This document shows, piece after piece, positions 58,927-64,000 of a stretch of 64,000 nucleotides of DNA. Below the pieces are notes generated by a model. It worked only from the letters and a program-made list of their open reading frames with translations. It had not been told where the DNA came from and searched no databases. The DNA is taken from positions 1 to 64,000 of the IMG/VR virus record IMGVR_UViG_3300036770_008729; one strand, written 5' to 3'. Made by a program: the position numbers and the translations under genes. Each line of letters begins with the position of its first letter. The first letter of the stretch is position 1.

Positions 58927-59460
58927 TTAAATACTTAATTCAACCTTTTCTCCAGATGGGGGTGAGAAAGAAACACTTTTCAAGTTATTAAACTTATATT
59001 TATCGTCTAAATTTATATAATTTTTACCAGTACCTTTATTTACATAGCAAATTGTTATGTGTGGTTTGTAATCGGGATAAGATTCTTCATTCGGTAGTGT
59101 TTTTAACATATCATGTAGCTTCTGTAAATCAGGAGTTTTCTTAACATTAAACTTAACTACATCATAATCTTTATTCTCGAATAAATCTATACCTTCAATT
59201 TCTATGTTTAGTGGTTTTGCAAATGAGGTCAAAATCTCTTGAACTTGTTCTGATGTTACTTCTGGTTTTAATCCATATAATAAAGTCAAATGTGGAAAAT
59301 CTTCTATACCCTGATTTTCCTCTGGATTATAAATATCTTCTTTTTTTATTTTAGAAGTTATTTCATCCCAATTTGTGAAAGGAATCTTTAACATCGCACA
59401 ACCAAATTCGTGCTGACCTGATGATTCTTTAATAAACTGTATATAACTTTTTATCCTCAT
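58927..59460 (-). CDS. 2H phosphoesterase (Acb1/gp57B or LigT-like) with N-terminal tag (MRIKSYIQFIKES)
   Basis: Two HxT motifs, PHLTLLYG and YKPHITICY; ATG 59460 gives an ATGA overlap (track start 59487). Confidence 0.8.
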   Translation of the reverse strand: MRIKSYIQFIKESSGQHEFGCAMLKIPFTNWDEITSKIKKEDIYNPEENQGIEDFPHLTLLYGLKPEVTSEQVQEILTSFAKPLNIEIEGIDLFENKDYDVVKFNVKKTPDLQKLHDMLKTLPNEESYPDYKPHITICYVNKGTGKNYINLDDKYKFNNLKSVSFSPPSGEKVELSI

Positions 59461-59996
59461 ACTGCTCCTTGTATTATTATTCTCCACTCACCACCTTTAT
59501 TATTATAAGAAAATTTAAAATAAACTCCTATTTCAGATTGTATTCTTTTTACTGCTACTAAAAAGTCATCAAATTCCTGTGTAATCTTTTTTCTTCTTTT
59601 ATCTTGTTCGGCCATTTCTAACTCAGCCTCTTTTTTAGTCATTACATCTATCGATGGATTATCTTCAAATTCCATTTCTTGAGAGTCCCAAGTTATTTCA
59701 CCATCTGATGATATTCTACCAGTCATATCTACAAATTCTGTTCTTGCTCCTGATGTGATATAAACATCTTCCTTTGGCATCATTCTACAATTAAAATTAG
59801 GAAATCCCCAAATAGAAATTGACATATCATCACCAGACCAATCGGTTCTATTTTCAATCCAACTCCATCCATTATCTTCAAATTCTATGAAACATTCTTT
59901 AATTGTATCCAATACCTGCTGATACACTTTACGCATGTGAATTGCATATGGATGAGTTTCTTCAGTATTTTCATTAAATCTTTTTAAATGTTTCAT
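59457..59996 (-). CDS. Hypothetical protein with N-terminal tag (MKHLKRFNEN)
   Basis: 179 aa. Confidence 0.75.
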   Translation of the reverse strand: MKHLKRFNENTEETHPYAIHMRKVYQQVLDTIKECFIEFEDNGWSWIENRTDWSGDDMSISIWGFPNFNCRMMPKEDVYITSGARTEFVDMTGRISSDGEITWDSQEMEFEDNPSIDVMTKKEAELEMAEQDKRRKKITQEFDDFLVAVKRIQSEIGVYFKFSYNNKGGEWRIIIQGAV

Positions 59997-60012
59997 TTCA
60001 TATATTTATTAA

Positions 60013-60933
60013 TTATTCTAATCCTAATTCTTGGAGTATTTCATGCAATTTATCTATTTTTATCATTATTGCTTCATCCTCAAACCATGATTCTAAACCT
60101 TCACCTTCATATTCAAAATCATCATCTAAATCAGCATATAATTTCATTGTTGAGATTACATCACCTAATTTAAATTTATTGAATACAGGGTCTAGTATCT
60201 TATTAAGATTTCCTAAAAGTGAAAGACTATTATCCCACAATCTTCCAAAGTATTTTGTTTTGATAGCATCACTAACTTTACAGGTATCTAGATAAGTTTT
60301 TAATTTATTCCAATCAGGATTTACATAAGTTTTAGTCCAGTTTGGAGTTAGCTGGTTTCCAAGTTTATCAAATCTATCTATACGAGTTTCTATATGAGCG
60401 TAATCTCTTAAAACTCCTAAGTCACTTAATAAAGAAGATGTATATCGAAAGAGAGAAGGTCTTCTCATATCTTCTTCTCTAAATGCGGCTTTATTTGGTA
60501 TTTTACCAAAACAATTCCAGAAATCACCTCTATCACCAGTGGCGACTTTTGTTGTATCAAAAGGAATGACTACATAATCGACAGATTTACCTTTTACAAA
60601 TCCTGCACCATGTGTGAAAGCTCTTCTTGAAGAAGCGCAACATAAACCTTTATTTCTTCTCGGCCAACCTTTCCACGAGTCTAAGTTGGAAGTAAGTGTA
60701 TTATGAACATCGTTTGATGAGTATGGGTCTATTCTAAGAGATGTTGATGACTTTGGATCTACTAAAACAAAATCACCTCTATTTTCATCTTTTCTTAAAA
60801 TAAGAACATCATCAGTATAATCATCACCCCAAGATAAAAACTTTTTGCAATTTTGTTGCAATATTTTTACTACTTCTTCTTTAGTGAGAATAGTTGATTT
60901 TAAAGTTTCATTAAATCTTCTTAAATGTTTCAT
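60013..60933 (-). CDS. Hypothetical protein with N-terminal tag (MKHLRRFNET)
   Basis: 306 aa. Confidence 0.75.
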   Translation of the reverse strand: MKHLRRFNETLKSTILTKEEVVKILQQNCKKFLSWGDDYTDDVLILRKDENRGDFVLVDPKSSTSLRIDPYSSNDVHNTLTSNLDSWKGWPRRNKGLCCASSRRAFTHGAGFVKGKSVDYVVIPFDTTKVATGDRGDFWNCFGKIPNKAAFREEDMRRPSLFRYTSSLLSDLGVLRDYAHIETRIDRFDKLGNQLTPNWTKTYVNPDWNKLKTYLDTCKVSDAIKTKYFGRLWDNSLSLLGNLNKILDPVFNKFKLGDVISTMKLYADLDDDFEYEGEGLESWFEDEAIMIKIDKLHEILQELGLE

Positions 60934-61631
60934 TTTAGGTATTTATCAAAAACTTCTTCAATTTTTGGTTCTAATTTTGTATAATCTATATCAAATGTTT
61001 TGGGCATAATAGATACTATCTCATCTATGTTATATGGCTCTTTTCCAATAGTATACCAACTTCTATTCTTTTTCATCCATAGATAAAAAAGAATATAAGC
61101 ATTTGATTTTTGAATATATTCTTCAGTGTCAATTATTTTATCTAATGACCATTTCTTAATTTTTTCAACAGTTCTTTTTTCACAATCAACTTCTATATCA
61201 ATAGATGTTCTTATTTCCTCGGCAATTACATTTAGATCAACATCCTCTTTTCCAGCCAACCATTCATCAGTTTGAACTAATCCTATATTATTAGTCCAAG
61301 TAGGATCGTTTTCTAAAAACTGATCCATGTGAGATGATTCGTGTAATAATATAAGAAGCCAATAAGATATATCTTTTCCCATAGCACAAGCTAGAAGTCT
61401 ATTATCTCCATCAAAATAACCATTACAAAATATATTTGGTCCTCCTAAAGAAACACCTTTTTCAGGTGATAGAAAAAGCTTAATGTTATTTTCTTTGGCA
61501 AAGTTTTTTAAGTGGTCAATAAATAATTTAACTTTTTCAATCTCTTCTTTTGTTAATTTACCAAAGTTAAACTCACCACCGTGTGGATTATCTATTTCCT
61601 GAAAGTCTTCAAATAATTTTAAGTATCTCAT
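60930..61631 (-). CDS. Putative HExxH metallopeptidase-like protein with N-terminal tag (MRYLKLFEDF)
   Basis: LLILLHESSHMDQ, downstream EVDCE; TAATATATA at 61638-61646. Confidence 0.65.
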   Translation of the reverse strand: MRYLKLFEDFQEIDNPHGGEFNFGKLTKEEIEKVKLFIDHLKNFAKENNIKLFLSPEKGVSLGGPNIFCNGYFDGDNRLLACAMGKDISYWLLILLHESSHMDQFLENDPTWTNNIGLVQTDEWLAGKEDVDLNVIAEEIRTSIDIEVDCEKRTVEKIKKWSLDKIIDTEEYIQKSNAYILFYLWMKKNRSWYTIGKEPYNIDEIVSIMPKTFDIDYTKLEPKIEEVFDKYLK

Positions 61632-61655
61632 AAAAGCTATATATTAAAATAAAAA

Positions 61656-61675
61656 AACCATCTATAAAGATGGTT
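61656..61675 (-). terminator. Intrinsic terminator separating the methyltransferase from the tagged-gene array
   Basis: AACCATCT-ATAA-AGATGGTT hairpin with a T-run on the minus strand. Confidence 0.7.
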
Positions 61676-62399
61676 CTTCTAGTCTAAGATTAGCTAACTC
61701 ACAATACTCTTTAGTAATGTCAAATCCGACATACCTTCTGCCTAACTTATTGGCGACTGATGTAGTTGTTCCACTGCCATTAAATGGATCAACCACAACT
61801 CCGCCAATGTAAGAGTGCATCTTAATACATCTTTTAGCCAACTCTTCCGGAAAGGGAGCTGGGTGTTTTCTTTTCTTAGCACTTTCTGGTGCGATTACCC
61901 AAAGACCATTTGTCCAGTTAATGAACTCTTCTTTAGTTAAGTCGGTTTGACCTTTCTCAACTATCTTTGGAGAACCTTTATGAAAATTAATAATCATCTC
62001 AAAGGGTGGAAGAATTCTTGGATTGCTTGGACTCATCCAACTACCCCAGGCAGTTCTTTTAGGAATCTGATTTTTATTCCAAATAATAAACTCTCTAAAA
62101 GTAAATCCAGCTTCTTGAAATAACCTTGTGAATGTTGAGTAACTTGGTTCATTCAATTGAGATTGAAAGCAACCAATTTGTAGGCAAAATCTACCACCAT
62201 CTTTTAATACACGGAAGCTTTCGGAAATCCAAACTTTACACCATTCATAATAAGCCTCTAACTTCATAGAGTCATCATGGTCTTGATAACTGATATTAAG
62301 ATTGTATGGTGGTGAAGTAAAGATTAAATCAACAGAATTATTTTCCATTGATTTGAAACCTGAGATGCAATCCTGATTGTATATTTTATTAAATTCCAT
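61662..62399 (-). CDS. Orphan amino (N4-C/N6-A, beta-class) DNA methyltransferase
   Basis: DLIFTSPPYN (motif IV) precedes HPAPFP...VVDPFNGSGTT (motif I). Confidence 0.9.
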   Translation of the reverse strand: MEFNKIYNQDCISGFKSMENNSVDLIFTSPPYNLNISYQDHDDSMKLEAYYEWCKVWISESFRVLKDGGRFCLQIGCFQSQLNEPSYSTFTRLFQEAGFTFREFIIWNKNQIPKRTAWGSWMSPSNPRILPPFEMIINFHKGSPKIVEKGQTDLTKEEFINWTNGLWVIAPESAKKRKHPAPFPEELAKRCIKMHSYIGGVVVDPFNGSGTTTSVANKLGRRYVGFDITKEYCELANLRLEEPSL

Positions 62400-62461
62400 A
62401 CTTATTTAAAAGTATATTTTTATTTTGAGAATAAGTTTTTATCTTTGTGTAAAATTAAAAT

Positions 62462-62650
62462 ATGGCAACAGAAAAAAACATAGTAAAGTTAGAAAAAGAA
62501 ATCCGAGCTAAAATGATGCAAATTCGCTCCGGTAAAACAACACCCAAAGATTCTGGTATTGGTAAGTTAATCAACTTGATGAAAAGTTTTGATGAGCCGT
62601 TACACGGACAAATTATGAATGAGTATAAACAATTAATAACTAAACAATGA
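62462..62650 (+). CDS. Small hypothetical protein
   Basis: 62 aa; TATCTTTG (-7-like) at 62440-62447. Confidence 0.65.
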   Translation: MATEKNIVKLEKEIRAKMMQIRSGKTTPKDSGIGKLINLMKSFDEPLHGQIMNEYKQLITKQ

Positions 62651-62656
62651 GTACAA

Positions 62657-62866
62657 ATGACAAAAACAATTAAATTTATCTTGATTACTTTCGCAGTAAT
62701 CTTACTCGAAACTCTCTACTTCGAGTTCGCGGTCAGTAGAGAAATTAACCTATGGATAGGTAGTATCCTTTCCATTTTAGCGGTGTTCCTTCTATTAGGA
62801 TACGGACACTATATTTACAAACTCCTAATTGATGTATTAAAAATTAAAAACAACGAAAACCAATAA
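62657..62866 (+). CDS. Small two-TM membrane protein
   Basis: Two hydrophobic segments; directly upstream of the SPFH gene. Confidence 0.65.
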   Translation: MTKTIKFILITFAVILLETLYFEFAVSREINLWIGSILSILAVFLLLGYGHYIYKLLIDVLKIKNNENQ

Positions 62867-62869
62867 ACT

Positions 62870-63853
62870 ATGATTTCACTTATTATTCTTTCAGTTTCAA
62901 TCCTAATCTCTTTAGGATTTCTCTATTCAACTAGAGATAATGCCTTTACTATCACACAAGATAAGTATGGCTCAACAAATAAACAATTTAAAATTACATG
63001 GTTAACAAAACCAGTTCTTATTTTAATAATTGGTATATTGACCTCTATCATTCAACCATTCGCTTTAGAGCGAGTTGATGCTGGTCATGTTGGATTAAAA
63101 GTTCAATTATCCGGAGACAATCGAGGTATATCTGATTATCAATATAAAACAGGTTGGGTAGTTCAGAATACTTGGATTGAAAAATTATATGAGTTTCCTA
63201 CATTCCAACAACATATTGAATATGGTGACCAAACTGTAATCACAAAAGGTGGTTTCTCTGCTATCATTAAACCTACATTCAACTACTCACTTAAATCAGA
63301 TGCTGTTGGTGATATGTTTGAACAATTACGATTAGGAGTTAAAGAAATTGAGCAGGGTTGGCTTATGACTGCTATTGTTGGTTCAGTAAATGATGTTGCT
63401 AATAGATGGGTAGTTGATGATATCTTTAATAAAAGAGAAGAGTTTGAATCAGCCATTATCACAGAGTGTAATAAAAGAACTTCTAAATGGTTTATTATCT
63501 CTCAATTAAGAACTAACATTGTTCCACCTGACGCACTTAAATCAGCCATCGAAGCAAAAACAAAAGCTGTTCAAGATGCTCAAGCCGCTATTCAACAAGC
63601 ACTTGTTGCAGAAGCTCAGGCTAAAAAGAAAATTGCAATTGCTAGAGGTGACTCGGCTTCTGTTGTTATTAATGCTTCGGGTCAGGCGGCAGCTACTATT
63701 ATCACAGCTGATGGTGAAGCTAAGGCGATGAAATTAAAACAAGCACAATTATCTCAGTTGTATATAGATTATATCAGAGCAACCAATTGGGATGGTAAGT
63801 ATCCTCAAACGATGTTAGGTGGTAATACATCCACTTTGTTGAATATAAAATAA
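62870..63853 (+). CDS. SPFH (band 7/prohibitin) domain membrane protein
   Basis: VDAGHVGLKV, coiled-coil AQAA..Q...AEAQA....A.A.G, WDGKYP C-terminal motif. Confidence 0.88.
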   Translation: MISLIILSVSILISLGFLYSTRDNAFTITQDKYGSTNKQFKITWLTKPVLILIIGILTSIIQPFALERVDAGHVGLKVQLSGDNRGISDYQYKTGWVVQNTWIEKLYEFPTFQQHIEYGDQTVITKGGFSAIIKPTFNYSLKSDAVGDMFEQLRLGVKEIEQGWLMTAIVGSVNDVANRWVVDDIFNKREEFESAIITECNKRTSKWFIISQLRTNIVPPDALKSAIEAKTKAVQDAQAAIQQALVAEAQAKKKIAIARGDSASVVINASGQAAATIITADGEAKAMKLKQAQLSQLYIDYIRATNWDGKYPQTMLGGNTSTLLNIK

Positions 63854-63870
63854 TCTAAATTGTTAGAAAC

Positions 63871-63897
63871 AAAAAACCCACCATTGGTGGGTTTTTT
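63871..63897 (+). terminator. Bidirectional intrinsic terminator
   Basis: AAAAAACCCACC-ATT-GGTGGGTTTTTT. Confidence 0.85.
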
Positions 63898-64000
63898 ATT
63901 GTAGGTTATAGGAAAACATTGTATCTGAACCTTCTTCTTTATCATCATTTTCTGAATAGAAGTTAATTCCCTGATAAACTAATTCTGACATGACTTTCTC
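63896..64000 (-). CDS. 3' end of a hypothetical protein entering from the right edge
   Basis: Open frame ...EKVMSELVYQGINFYSENDDKEEGSDTMFSYNLQ* ending at the terminator. Confidence 0.5.
   Translation of the reverse strand, partial: EKVMSELVYQGINFYSENDDKEEGSDTMFSYNLQ

Noticed and set aside
55320-59460. CBASS operon (patatin plus nucleotide enzyme)
   Set aside because: No CD-NTase cyclase recognised; the two genes are on opposite strands and separated by other genes
61662-62399. Restriction-modification system
   Set aside because: No adjacent endonuclease recognised; treated as an orphan methyltransferase
934-63731. Many short ORFs nested in or antisense to long genes (e.g. 934-1293, 3991-4209, 7519-7806, 7716-7940, 9133-9357, 22606-22899, 28773-28967, 36038-36409, 63519-63731)
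   Set aside because: They overlap well-supported CDSs and have no recognisable motifs
1-64000. Stop-codon reassignment (as in some huge phages)
   Set aside because: Long genes are intact in the standard bacterial code, genes pack tightly, and no suppressor tRNA is seen
1-64000. Eukaryotic giant virus (NCLDV) origin suggested by P4H, GT47, GT34 and GT77
   Set aside because: Bacteroidota promoters, T9SS cargo, bacterial-type tRNAs, intrinsic terminators, overlapping operons and T4-like genes favour a bacteriophage

Overview
This AT-rich, gene-dense window is best read as part of a huge, T4-like tailed phage genome infecting a Bacteroidota host. Phage evidence: a gp32-like ssDNA-binding protein, gp14-like neck and tail-tube-like proteins, two tail-fibre-like genes and two tRNA-Met(CAT) genes. 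Host evidence: TTTG-N19-20-TAnnTTTG promoters and a 2325-aa SprB-repeat protein with a Sec signal peptide and a type IX secretion (T9SS) C-terminal domain. About 20 kb (30098-50146) is one co-directional glycan biosynthesis/modification cluster. Accessory genes include a ClpC lacking its N-domain, MgtC, CYTH, an M28-like peptidase, a patatin, an orphan DNA methyltransferase and an SPFH protein. The strongest candidate for an undescribed system: at least 14 ORFs, mostly unrelated to each other, share a short N-terminal tag (MK-H/Y-L-K-x-F/Y...E) resembling the T4 capsid-targeting sequence. Nine are in tandem at 56275-61631, many sit behind a putative late promoter (TAATATATA, 4-7 nt before ATG), and the cargoes include an Acb1-like 2H phosphoesterase. 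All family calls come from motif recognition by eye; no database searches were run.
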